A DNA stretch of 64,000 nt from Octopus vulgaris (Eukaryota). This document shows positions 12,531-25,149 of this stretch, in pieces. The notes beneath the pieces are model-generated. The model worked only from the letters and a program-made list of their open reading frames with translations. It made no database searches and was not told the origin of the DNA. The position numbers and the translations under genes were made by a program. Location of the stretch: contig OX597820.1 in the NCBI GenBank assembly GCA_951406725.2, forward strand, positions 71,920,001 through 71,984,000, read 5' to 3'. The number at the start of each line of letters is the position of its first letter. Within the stretch, counting starts at the first letter, position 1.

Positions 12531-13332
12531 GTAAGTGTATAAATGTGTATGAAAGTATATATACATATGATTATGTACATGAGCATATATATACATGTGT
12601 GTGTGTGTTTGTTGCTATGTTTGGTCTCCTTGAAAGCCTCTCACCCCTCTAACTCATCAGTTACTCACTTCTCAAATTAGACATCCTTCTTATAACTGAC
12701 CTGTCTCTCACAAAGCCAAAAAAGAAACTTGCAAGCAAAATGTTGTCCCTTAACCATTATGATGATGATGATATACATACATACATATATATTTATATAT
12801 AATAAAGTAAAAAGTCAAAAGTAAAAGAGTCAAAAGGAAGAGTAACTGCAGTTAGGCAGCTTTTTAATCACTACAAATGTTTCAATACATACAGATCTTC
12901 ATATATACAGGATTTAAAGTTCAGTTTGAATTAAATTATGTAACGATTCACCTGTACAAGATCTATATATATCTTCCCAGGCGATACTCAGTTGCTGTCT
13001 CCGTAAGTAAACTTAGATTTCCATGCTACAACATCCATGGCTTCTTCTTTGAAACTAACAAATGCTGATGATTTCAATTCGCTCGGTATCACATTCAAAA
13101 TGAGCTGCAATGTGCACGTTGTCTGTTTATTTATTCAGTTTCAACATGTTATTCTGCACATGCCAAACTGTACCATTATCCAAAATACATTCATACATCA
13201 GTTCATACTTATACAATCACTTACACACCAATACACCATACATCACTGAGTGTTTCCATACATACACACACACACAGACACCTCAACTGACTATATGTAT
13301 ATATATATATATGTGTGCATATGTGTGTAAAT

Positions 13333-13662
13333 GGTAAAGACCCCCTTCGGTCATAAATGACCATGGGATTGCACCGAAAAAGTAACCCTCCAAGGCACAA
13401 GTCCAGGCAAGGTTGTTTATGGGAGACCAGCAGTCACCCATGCATACCGGCCTCCCCTCTCCATGCCACCAATGTTAACCAAGGGAACGGCAAAGGCCAA
13501 TACAGCTTGGCACCAGTGATGTTGCAACTCATTTCTACAGCTGAGTGAACAGGAGCAATGGGAAATAAAGTGTCTTGCTCAAGAACGCAAAACACAACCT
13601 GGTCCCGGAATCGAACTCACTACCTCATGATTGTGAGCCTGACATTCTAATCACTGCACCAT
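13333..13662 (-). mobile_element. SINE family D
   Basis: Colinear with 29451-29793. Confidence 0.88.
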
Positions 13663-13804
13663 GCTACTGTAAAAGTCACTTCTTCAAGATGCTACACAGT
13701 GAGATAGAACTCAAGATTGCATGGCAACAAAGCGAACACTGTATCCACACAGCCATAGCTCCTGCTACCATACGTTCATCCTTTTATTAAATTATTATAT
13801 ATCA

Positions 13805-14850
13805 TCTTTTAACTTTTACTGGTTTCAATCATTAGACTGTAGCCAGGCTGGGGCACTGCCTCCTCAAACAATTTTAGTTGAACGAATAGCCTCCTAGTAC
13901 TTAATTTTCTTTAAAGCCTGGTACATATTCTATTGGTCACTTTTGCTGAACCGGTAAGTTACAGGGATGTAAACTCACCAACACTGGTTGTCAAGTGGTG
14001 GAGGGGACAAACACAGACTCAAAGCACAAAGAAATCCCCCCTACACACACATACACACACATATACAGTAATCCCTTGACTATTGCAGATGTTATGTTCC
14101 AAAATCCCCTGCGATAGGTGAAAATCCATGAAGTAGAAATAGTTCTGTACTGTAATTTAAAAAAATTATTTTTACAATTTGTATATATTAATCTCCTAAT
14201 ATAATAATGAGCATAGTGCTTTTATATATTTGTATAAAATATATATATATATATATATATATTTGTCCAGAATCACGCCAGATGCAGAGGAGGAGAGAAA
14301 ATAGTAATTCAGTGAAGGAGAAGTAGTGAGAGTAATAGCTGTGACTGAGAATGAGTGAGAGAAAGTAATAGCAATGAGAGAAAGGAAGGGGTGAAAGATG
14401 AATAAGGAAGGAAGGGGGGAAAAGAAAATCAGCATTTCAACTCTGAGCATATGTGTGTACATGTGTGTGTGTACAAGGGAAGTATGTGAATGTTTGCATG
14501 TGTGGTGATTATGTACCTTATTTTGTACCTTATTTACATACAAAATACTACAATTAGTTATCATTTTTGATGGCACAGGGTCAGGTACTTTTATTATAAA
14601 TGCAAAGCAACACCACCGAGAATTAACATAAGCTTAAATCATAAGCCGAGATAGGTGAACTGCGGTAGGTGAACCGTGATATGGCGAGGGATTACTGTAT
14701 ATGCACAACGGGCTTCTTTTGGTTTCCACCTACCAAGGCTTTGGTCAGCCTGAGACTATAGCCATAGACACTTGCCCAAAGTATTGCATAGTTTAAACAG
14801 GATCTATGTAGGTGAGAAGCAAACTTTATATGACACAGCCATGCCTGCAC
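13805..14850 (-). mobile_element. SINE family A split by a MITE insertion
   Basis: 3' half at 13805-14063 and 5' half at 14700-14850. Confidence 0.75.
14066..14697. mobile_element. pogo/Tigger-like MITE with TA target-site duplication
   Basis: TA|CAGTAATCCCT...AGGGATTACTG|TA; shorter related copy at ~20960-21176. Confidence 0.82.
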
Positions 14851-15764
14851 CTATGTGTGTGTATGTGTGTGTGTGTGTGTGCGAGAGAGTAAAATGACAA
14901 TGGAAGATGATGATGAAGAGTTATATGGCTTTTGAAGACACACAGACAAACAGTCACACATACAGACATCTAGGGTGTATAAACCATCAACATCATTGTC
15001 ATTTTACACATATACATGACTGGGTATACATTTTGGAAGTTTGAATACAGGAAAAATTACTCAATACATATCTGTTAGTCAATTTATCATTCGAAGCTGA
15101 TGATTCACTCTTGTTACTACTCAGAGATTTTTGTTATGTGCGATCCCTGAGGCCATTACCCTGTCCAATTAACTATGGCAAATCAAAATTTGTTGTATGG
15201 GTTTCAATTGGCCAAGTGCTTGATATGCATTAGATGATGGATCTGTATATCAGACATAGTAATTCACCAGGCAACATTTATACTACAGGTATTCTTGATT
15301 AGGGCTGATATTGATCTACACAATTACATCAAGCACAGGAATATTATAGCTTGCATTCAGAATCCCAGGACTTCTGGCTTCTTTTCCCGTTTTATATTTT
15401 CCTCATAGTAATTTTCCTAAGCCTGTACATATAAAAGAGAGAGATTGATAGAGGGGCAAAGTGAGAGAGAAATTGATAGAGTGAGAGAGTGAGAGAACTA
15501 TCTTTACTCCCCAGTCTTCATATCTACATGGATAAAGCTCATACTTGTGTATTATTATGTTATCATACAATTATATAAAGATATTTTATACACACATTTA
15601 ATAATTGGATTAACATATAGGAGCAGGCAAGGCTGTGTGACCACAGTGTTCACTTTGTTACAACATGGCTTTGAGTTCTATCTCACTGTGTCGCGTCTTG
15701 AAGAAGTGACTTTTACTGTAGCCTTGGGTTAGAATATCACAAAAACAAAGAAACACATCTTTCA

Positions 15765-16101
15765 TATTTTATCTTTTAACTGTTTTGGTCATTGGACTGC
15801 AGCCATAGTCTTATCAAACAGATTGATCCCTGGATTTATACTGTTGGCCTCTTTTGCTAAACTGTTAAGTTACAGACATAAATAAATCTACACCAATTGT
15901 CAAGCCATGGTGGGAGACAAACACAAACACTCATAAATACACACACACATACATTGGGCTTCTTTTAGTTTCTGTCTACCAAATCCACTCACAAGGCTTT
16001 GGTTGGCTGAGTGTATAGTAGAAGACACTTGCCCACTTGTGACTGAACCTGGAACCATGTGGTTGGGAAACAAGATTCTTACCACACAGCCATACCTGCA
16101 C
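15765..16101 (-). mobile_element. SINE family A (diverged)
   Basis: Reverse complement similarity to 501-886. Confidence 0.75.
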
Positions 16102-16110
16102 CTAAATATC

Positions 16111-16221
16111 TCAAAATTTTTACTGGAAAAAACACAGTATTTTAAATGAGGAATCGAAAATTTGCCTTTCCACTGGGCTGCACTCATTGATAACAATGGC
16201 GATTATATTATTGATAAATAG
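16111..16221 (+). mobile_element. mariner transposase C-terminal fragment
   Basis: YFK*GIENLPFHWAALIDNNGDYIID* matches the mariner G-I-x-x-L-P-x-R-W...N-G-x-Y C-terminus. Confidence 0.7.
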
Positions 16222-17149
16222 TATATGATTAAACTTAACCAGCATTCGTTTTTCTCTCCCTTTTACACATACATAATTACTTTCTGAACACCTCAGTGTG
16301 TGTGTGTGTGTGTTTGTTCTAAAGAGGTAACAAGAATGGAGTCAGAAAGTCTCGTTGAGTCAGAATAGGTAAAACCCTGCTTGTCTTCACACTAAGCCAG
16401 CTATCATGAAAAACTAGTGAATTGAACATTCACCAACTTCAAGCATTCTACTCTTAACAAGCTTTCATAAAATTTACTTGAGGGTAGAATTCTTTTTACC
16501 TTACACATTAAATGATAGTAGAAGATGTTAATGTTTTGTCAAAGAAGAAAATATGCTGTTATGACCTTTAAGCCTCATGTGTGGAGGCTAATTTCGAACA
16601 TTCACCCTGTCCACTGAGCAAATGTCATTCAATATAGTGATCAACTGCCTAGAGACATGATCAAAAGCAATCACCTCTATGACAGCTTTAGGTTGCCACA
16701 GACAAAAAAATAATGGTAAAGTTCCTAGACATTATCCTCAAAGACGACATTTAAAAGTCTCTCTTGATGATTTAATACATAGAAATAAAGAGTTAAAAAT
16801 TGATTTATTCAGCTCTGCTATTTTGGTCACCCTTACATTGAATATTTTCAAAACATTACATCACAAAACAGTTTCTTTGAAAAACACATGTAGCATTTTG
16901 GCAGTTTCCTGCACTTGAAACTTAAATGTCAGGACTTCATTCCCTTTTTGGTTGTGAAATTTTCTAAATTTCTGCCTTGTAATTAATGAAGAATTCAATG
17001 ACGATGTACTCCACATTCTCTCTGTCTGTCTGTCTCTCTCTCTTTCTCCCTCTCTCTATTATTGTTATTATTATTACTAGTAGTACTACGTTATATTCCC
17101 CTTGGCACATGACCATTTAAAAAAATATCTGTGAGTGTGATCATATATG

Positions 17150-17169
17150 TTGTGTGTGTGTGTGTAAAC

Positions 17170-17214
<45 letters not shown>

Positions 17215-17460
17215 TATATGTATGCATGTATATATGTATGTATGTATATATATATACATGTGTGCGTGCTTGTATATACATGTGTATATCTATGTGTGTA
17301 TACATACATACATACATACATACATACATACATACATACATACATACATACATACATACATACATACATGCATGCATGCATGCATACATACATGCATACA
17401 TACATACATACATATATATATGTATACATACATACACGCATGCATGTATGTATATATACA
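17150..17460. repeat. Compound (TG)/(TA)/(CATA)n microsatellite
   Basis: Direct inspection; source of several spurious ORFs. Confidence 0.95.
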
Positions 17461-18307
17461 CTCTGTCTCTCTTCAAAAAGTAGTTATTGGTAAATATCAC
17501 CAAAGTGCCTTGGGATGGTGGATCTAGAACGGTTCTTTCATTTCTAAGTGCATCTCTGATAAACTCAAAACAAATTCTGCCCTTTATAACCCTTACAAAG
17601 CCATGCAGAATATAGAATCTCATATACCTCTAAGAGCTTTCTCTCAATCTCCATCATATATATATATACATGCACACATACATACACACACACACTCAGT
17701 CACACACATTTGCATTCCTCTTTTCATGCTAATGAAAGCATACACACAAATGTGCATTTATTCACCTGCAGTTTTTTTTTTTTTCAACTACAGATCCATT
17801 TGTAGTTTTAATTTTCTCTTTTACTCACTTTATCATACTTGTTGGCTTAGAAATAATTGACGGTGTCTCGGTTATTTCCTTTTATGTTGTTATTTGTGTT
17901 GACATCTTCCTCCACACTCTAACCAGCACTTGGTGTGTGGGTCATAAACAAGCCTCTCTACTTTCATTTGCTATGAACAGTATAAGATGATCGGAGTATA
18001 AAACAATTAAAATGAAGTAGAGATAGAACAGGGAAATGAGGTTAAAAGTTGTTTTTTTTTTTTTTAATTCATTCAGCACTTATAGAAAAATGTCATAGAA
18101 TTCTATAATGAAATAGGTTTACGGGTTTGTTTGTTTTTTTTTGTTACCATAAAGACCATCTAAAACTGTCTATAGAAAATGGAATGTGTTTCGAGAAATT
18201 GGTAATTGAATGAGGGTGGGGAGGAATGAATTATTGTGCTAATGATCATCAATATACATCAGTCTTATAAACTAAAATGGGTGCGTTCACATAAACACAC
18301 ACACACA

Positions 18308-18355
<48 letters not shown>

Positions 18356-18381
18356 CATACATATATATACATATATATACA

Positions 18382-18418
<37 letters not shown>

Positions 18419-18423
18419 ACATG

Positions 18424-18458
<35 letters not shown>

Positions 18459-18463
<5 letters not shown>

Positions 18464-19258
18464 GTGGTGGGTAAATTGTTGCCACTTTATATTTTTAATT
18501 TCGCACATTTGCATCATTTGTTTTTGATTTTGTCAACTACACAGTATAGTAGGGTCAGTTGGGCACAATCTGTGAGAAAAACAGCACCAATTCAATCAGC
18601 CAAAAATTTGAAATGATATGCTGTACTTCTTGGCATTCATGCCAGAAGTTCCAATACAAACATTTCAGAGTGTTTGGGTGTCAATCTGAGGAGAGTACAG
18701 TCTAAGGATGTGTACTGTGAGTGATAAAACCAATTAACATCATGGTGTTTGGATTGATCACTAGTGATGGCGACGTTATGCCGCCATTCATCTTCCCATA
18801 TGGTTCCACACACAACACAGAGGCCTACATCAAGTGCCTGGAGGAGGTAGTGCTGCCCTGGGTCAAGAGGATGGCTGCTGGAAGACTCAATATCTGGCAA
18901 CAGGACTCTGCACTATGCCACATAAGCAGGAGAACCCAGTCATGGCTGTCAAAAAATTTCTGTGACCACATCACTCCTAACATCTGGCCACCTAACTCTC
19001 AAGACTGCAACTGCCTTATTATTATGTGTGGGGTGCAGTTGAGCGAGAGACTAACAAAACTACTTGTAACACCAAAGTTGAACTGAAGGCAAGGATTATG
19101 GCAGCATTCACCAACTTAGATAAGGAGACCATACAGAGGAGTTGCAGGAGATGCCAAAGTCGTCTGCAGGCCATGGTTGAAGCCAATGGCAATTTTATTG
19201 AATAAATTTACTCTTTAGTATTTCAAGATATTTTTATGTAATTTTCGTAAATATATAA
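18459..19258 (+). mobile_element. maT-like (DD37D) Tc1/mariner transposon, internally deleted and frameshifted
   Basis: IMVFGLITSDGDVMPPFIF..WQQDSALCH..WPPNSQDCNCL(D)YYVWG..EANGNFIE*; 37 residues between the second D and the reconstructed third D (1-nt deletion near 19018). Confidence 0.8.
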
Positions 19259-19440
19259 GACATTGGCTACATTCAGTTGGTGCTTTTTATGTGCCACAGG
19301 CACGAGAGCCAGTCAGGGGGTACTGACATCGGCCACGTTCAGTTCATGCTTTTTACATGCCACTGGCATGGGAGCCAGTCAGGGAACACTGGTCACAGCT
19401 ACGATATTGGTTTTACTTGACTCAACAGGTCTTCTCAAGC

Positions 19441-19488
<48 letters not shown>

Positions 19489-20605
19489 GCTTGACCCATG
19501 CTAGCATGGAAAACGGATGTTAAACGATGATGATGATGATGTCTGTATATACAGTGAGAGAGATAGAGATGGAGAGGATTTGATTGTTGGAAACAGAAAG
19601 AAGCCCATCATGTGTGAATGTGTGTGTGATTGTGCATTTGTCTGTCCCCCACTACTGCATGACTACTGATGTTGGTATGTTTATGTCTCTGCAACTTAGT
19701 GGTTTTGCGAAAGAGACCAATAGATTAAGTGCCAGGCTTAAAAAATAAAAATAAATACTGGTCTCAATTCATTTGACTAAAAATTCTTCAAGGCAGTGCC
19801 CCAGCATGGCCGCACTCTAATGGGTGAAACAAGTAAAAAATAGAAGGTAAAAGATACATGTACGCACACATTTATCAGTTGTTGTTTGTTTATATTTCAC
19901 TCCTTTTCTTTTTTCCAAAGCATTTGATATTTGTTCATGTTATGTCCCTAAAAATACTTTTTGCTACCCCCAATCTAGGTTTCTCAATGGGTATTTTTTA
20001 AAAATTTTCTTTAAAGCTTGGTTTCAGCAGATTCTTTTCTGTTGTTACATCTCCATGGTAACAAGCATGTAAGGCGAAGATGTTTTTATTTATACACTTT
20101 CCTTCTTTTTTTTTATTTTGCTCAAATCAGAACATGTGGTGTGTGTCTGCGTAAGTGTATGTGTGTGTATGTGTATATGTGCGTATGTGTGTGTGTATTG
20201 TTTTTGTACTTATTTTATCTTTATTGCTTTGTTATTCTAATGGTAGGTTGTCATTGGAGTGGGATTGTTAACCCACTCATATCTCATACTACGTATGTGG
20301 GTGGGTGACTGCTTTCTGTATTTGTCTAGCTTCTGTAATCTGTTGTAAGGTTGGGTCTTTTGGGTATCTAGAAAAAATGTTTACTGCAACATTATATACT
20401 TATATATGTATCTATGTGTATATGTGCGTGTGTGTGTGTGCATGTGTAGGTATGCATGCATGTATGTATGCATGTTATTTACACACAGAAAAAATAAATG
20501 TGTGTGTGTGAGAGAGAGAGAGAGAGCCTATCTTGACAAGTTACCCTCCCTTCAGTGTGCAGCCCATTTATGTAAATCATTTTCATAAAATTCTTAAGAG
20601 ATAAG

Positions 20606-20800
20606 GTACAGACATGGCTGTGTGCTAAGAAATCTGCTTCTCAAACCACAGGTTCAGGTTCACTCCCACTTAACCATGGGAACGTGTCTTCTACTGTAGC
20701 CTTGTGATTGGATCTGTGGAAAATAGAAACTGAAAGAAGGACCATCATGTGTGTGTGTGTGTGTGTGTATGCGTTACTGTAAGGAAACAGCAACACATAT

Positions 20801-20871
<71 letters not shown>

Positions 20872-21295
20872 ATAGTTGTAAGTGAATGTCACTGTCATAC
20901 AACCAGTGTCATTCATTTTCAATTTCTTATGGAAACCTATCTGATCATCTGATCTTAGGGAGTTACATTCGAAAATTGTGGGCGTAACATTTCAAAACCC
21001 CCTGCAATAGGTGAAAATCTGTGAAGTAGAAACAGTACTGTCCTGTATATTTAGTATTATTATAATTTGTATATATCTATTTTATTATAAATGCAAAACA
21101 ACACCACAGCGGAATCGACGTAAGCTTAAATAATAAACTGCAATAGGCGAACCGTGATATGGCAAGGGATTACTGTATAAGGTTATGGTTGAAGACAGGA
21201 AGGGTATCCAGTCATAGAAAATCTGCCTCAACAAATTCCTTCTGACCCATACTAGTATGGAAAAGTGGACGTTAAAACAATGAGAATGAAGATTA
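20606..21295 (+). mobile_element. SINE with family-A head and family-C/RTE-type tail, interrupted by a MITE
   Basis: A-type head at 20606-20750, microsatellite, C module ending GTATGGAAAAGTGGACGTTAAAAC; MITE at ~20960-21176. Confidence 0.65.
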
Positions 21296-22034
21296 AGATT
21301 ATTGTGATCCATGATACATTAGATTGTGTATTGCTTGTACACTCATGTTCTTGTTTCTTTACATGGGCCAAATGTGGTTTCTAAATCTTAATATATGATT
21401 TTCATTTCACTACAATGTCTTCTATGTGTGCTGTTGATCAGTATCACCTTAATGCATTGCAACATTGAGTAGTTACATAGAAGCTTCTCAAATCCAGGGT
21501 CCAGTACTAATCTACGTGTAGCTGTATCTGTATGGACCACAGTGTATTGCTTTACTCTTGGGTCTCTTATCTGTTAAGTCAACCTTGCTGTGAATGTTGT
21601 AGAAGTGTATATCTACAACACATTAAAAATGATGTTCAATCTTGCTTGCTTGCTTACTTGCAATGTTACAGAGCCGAATTTGCACATAATGAGAAAATAC
21701 TTTGAAAGTAAAGTGCCCCTGAAATGTGAATACAAATAGAATAAAACAAGTTTCACATAAATTGCACCAGTGGTTATTGACATATTTGGGGATTTGGGGG
21801 TATAAATACCCAAAACAGTGCATAATGGGAGAATACTCCAAAAATAACTTAACCTTGAAAGGGGAGAAAATCTAACCTTTCCATAAGGCAGATTATGATG
21901 GGCAAACTATTTTTAAGCGAAAATGACTTAAAAAATACAGTAAATATTTTGAAAAAAGGCCTGTTCGTAACCTTGGTGTGAAATTGTTTTTTTCCATAAG
22001 TTTCTTTCAAGTGCATTCAACGTATTTCACCTCC

Positions 22035-22153
22035 AAAGATTTGACTGCTATTTCTAGCATGCCCTGCTACCACGTAACAGCTATTTGCTATAAAAGACCT
22101 GAAATACCTGTTACGTGATAGTAGGGCATACAAGAAATAATAGCCAAATCTTT
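22035..22153. repeat. Imperfect ~52-bp inverted repeat with 15-nt loop
   Basis: 22037-22086 versus the reverse complement of 22102-22151: 42/50 identical. Confidence 0.85.
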
Positions 22154-22605
22154 CCTTTTCTGGGGAAAGGAGCTGTTTACACATGATTTCGATGTCACGT
22201 TCATTGAAAGCATGCAAAAAAACCTGGAAAAGAAAAATAAAAGCCAACGAAACAAAACTCCATTGCTGGGAAACTCAGACTTCCCTGGTGACCCAACAGG
22301 TCATGGGTAGTCTGGTAGTTCTTAATATTCTTGTCTTTTTTATGTCTCATATATTTATGCTGTTGACAATTATAGTTAGCCGTAGTCAATTCTTTCTGTT
22401 TTCTTTTATTGCATGTGGAAAGAGTGACAGTGGATTGGTTGTAGAAATTTTGGAACCATGTCTCTAGTTGGTTCATGCAGCTTTGGAGGTGTATAAATGT
22501 ATGTGATGATAGTGGGAGGATATATGTCATGACACCTCTTTATGAATGTTATGTTTTGTGACTGTCTGGTAATATTCCATTCAGGGAAACTGTAGATTCT
22601 AGAAA

Positions 22606-23109
22606 CAGTGGTTCTCAACTGCAGTCCATACGCAGCTTAGGGATCCATATTAAAATTTGCTGTTAAAATTGATACAATAAATTGGTTATATTTCTGCAAT
22701 ACACAAAATATTTAAACTTTTTCTTTTTTGATACAGAACTGAGAAAGCAATGGTGAGAGAAATGTGTGGGGTGAAGCTGTTTGGTAAGAGGAGGACTGAG
22801 GATTTGATGGGAGTGCTGGGGCGGAGGTATCAGTGGAATGGTTGGCAAGGGTGAATGGAGTGAGGTGGTATGGGCATGTATTGAGGAGGGATGAAAGCAT
22901 GTTCTGAGGAGGGTGATTGCGTTTGAGGTAAATGGAGTACAAAAGTGAGGTAGACCGAGGAAAAGGTAGAGGGAACAAGTGGAAGAGAAGATTGAGAGGG
23001 TTGGTTGAAAAAGGATAATGCCCAAAACCAGACAGGCGAGATGGTGTGATGGTGGTTGCTATGGCATTGAGGTAGATCCAGTTACCCCCGTTAACCCAGA
23101 TTTAAATCA

Positions 23110-23144
<35 letters not shown>

Positions 23145-23272
23145 CAAGTCCTAATAGAATTTAATTATAAAAATATGGTAAGATATTTTAAACATCAAAT
23201 GACTATGAATGTCCAGCCCAATGAAATAGGAATCTAAGAGATCCATAGATAAAATATGGTTAAGAACTACCG
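22606..23272. mobile_element. hAT (Charlie-like) MITE containing a nested RTE fragment
   Basis: Left end CAGTGGTTCTCAAC, right end GGTTAAGAACTACCG, flanked by TTCTAGAA / TTCTAGAG (NTCTAGAN-type target site). Confidence 0.65.
22737..23145 (+). mobile_element. RTE-clade LINE 3' end with (GAT)n tail
   Basis: Frameshifted TEKAMVREMCGVKL..VRWYGHVLRRDE..GRPRK motifs; poly-(GAT) at 23114-23142. Confidence 0.8.
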
Positions 23273-23454
23273 TTCTAGAGGCTTGGTAACATAAGGGATA
23301 GTTTACTAGCTGGCATTTTGTGTTGTTCCTTTCAAAGACATTTAGTATTTTGTGTGTGAGTAGTTGGAGTGTAAGTTTTGCTGACATCACTTATAGTCTG
23401 GATAGAGTCTGTAGAGGTTCTTCAATATGGAACCCATCGTGTACTTGTGTATAG

Positions 23455-23765
23455 TCATCATCATCATCATTTAACGTCCATTGACCATGCTGGTATGGGT
23501 TGAATGGTTTGACCAGAGTTTGTAAGCTGGAAAGCTGCACCAAACTCCAGTCTGATTTAGCATGGTTTTTCTACAGCTGGAAGTCCTTCCTAACACCAAC
23601 CACTGCGAGAGTATAATAGGTGATTTTACGTGCAACCAGCACAGGTGCCATTTATATGACACCAGTATCTGCCACAACTGCAGTTTTGTTCAGCTTGATG
23701 TGTCTTCTTCTCAAGCACGACATAATGCCAAAGGTCTTGGTCATTGCCTCCATGAGGCCTAACAC
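23455..23765 (-). mobile_element. RTE LINE 3' UTR fragment
   Basis: (CAT)n-TTAACGTCC...CCATGCTGGTATGGG start; colinear with 61161-61620. Confidence 0.75.
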
Positions 23766-23957
23766 TTGAAAGGAACTTAGCCACTTTGATTATGAATAAT
23801 GCAGTGGTTTTGTGTAGTGATGTGCATCTATGTTATAAGTTGTAAAGAAGAATCTATAAGCTTGATGATATTAGGGGTGAAACTTACTAAGAGTTTTGTT
23901 TGTATGCACATGAGTGTGATGGATCTGTATGATGCTGCTTCAGTTGAGGTTTTCTCT

Positions 23958-24179
23958 TTTATCTTTTACTTATTTCAATCATTAAATTGTGGCCATACTG
24001 AGGTATCATCTTAAATATTTTTAGTTGAATAAACGATTGCAGTACTTAGTTTTATAAAGCCTGGTATTTATTCTATTGGTTGCTGTTGCTGAACTGCTAT
24101 GCCACAGGAACATAAACACACCAACACTGGTTGTCAAGCAGTGGTGGGGACAAACACAGACATAAAGATACACATGCAT

Positions 24180-24215
<36 letters not shown>

Positions 24216-24385
24216 ATGCAGTCACCCACACACACAACAGGCTTCTTTCAGTTTCCATCAACCAAATCCACTTACAAGGCTTTGGCTGGCCCAAAGCTAT
24301 AGTAGAAGACACTAGCACAAAGTGTCATGCAGTGGCACTGAACCCAAAACCATGTGATTTGGAAGCAAACTTCTTACCACACTTC
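23958..24385 (-). mobile_element. SINE family A
   Basis: Reverse complement similarity to 501-886. Confidence 0.8.
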
Positions 24386-25149
24386 CACATCGGCTCCTTG
24401 TTGAGTTTCTCAACTGTCCATGTTTCCAGATTCTGAACGTCCAGCAGTGTCGATATAATAATTTACATATTTAAATTTGGATTCTATAATTGCTTTCCTG
24501 ATATCTTATAGGAAACAAAAGACTGGTCAAAATTATTATTGCTTAGGTGAGAGATATCTATCTTGTATTTTGTGTTCTGATCTCTGCTAATGGATGTGAG
24601 AGACCAGACCTAGTTGTTTTGAACATAAAACTTGCAGAATGTTTGGGCCAGATATGATCAGTTTAAATGTTAGAGAATTAAAGGCACTTCAGCAACAAAC
24701 CTCTTCATTATTCAATATATGTTCTTGCCTTTTACTAAGACTGTTGAGTGTGATTTGTTGTTAGAAATAATGATGAGACATCTGGATACTAAAAACTTTA
24801 TTCAACAACTAAGCTACAGCTCAACTCTACATGATTCATCATTTGTTAAAGAAGGCAGTATCTCAACAATCACACTCCATTAAGAAAAAAAAAATCCAGC
24901 ATTAAACTTATAAGATTTCATATTAATAAGTCTCAGATGAAATCTTTCTGGTGGCTTGATTATTTTCTTTGAATAGTAAAGTTTCTTAAGAGGAGCGGTG
25001 GGTATGACCAGGATAGGCGAAATAATTTCACTGCCTTTACTATAAAAAAAATGTCTCTCTTGAGAAATAGTATTGTAGTGGAATGACTAATGCAAGTTGG
25101 GAGTGTTGCTGAGATTATGATTTGCTAAGTTCAACTTCAGCAGCTTAAC

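Noticed and set aside
17091-17623. Cluster of YI/CV/HT-rich ORFs (also at 18.2, 29.7, 35.2 and 47.0 kb)
   Set aside because: Translations of stop-free microsatellites.
22108-22223. Exon-like segment on the minus strand (VFLHAFNERDIEIMCKQLLSPEKERFGYYFLYALLSRN)
   Set aside because: Splice signals look fair, but two frames are open, I recognise no homology, no partner exons are seen, and about 40% is a hairpin arm related to a repeat.
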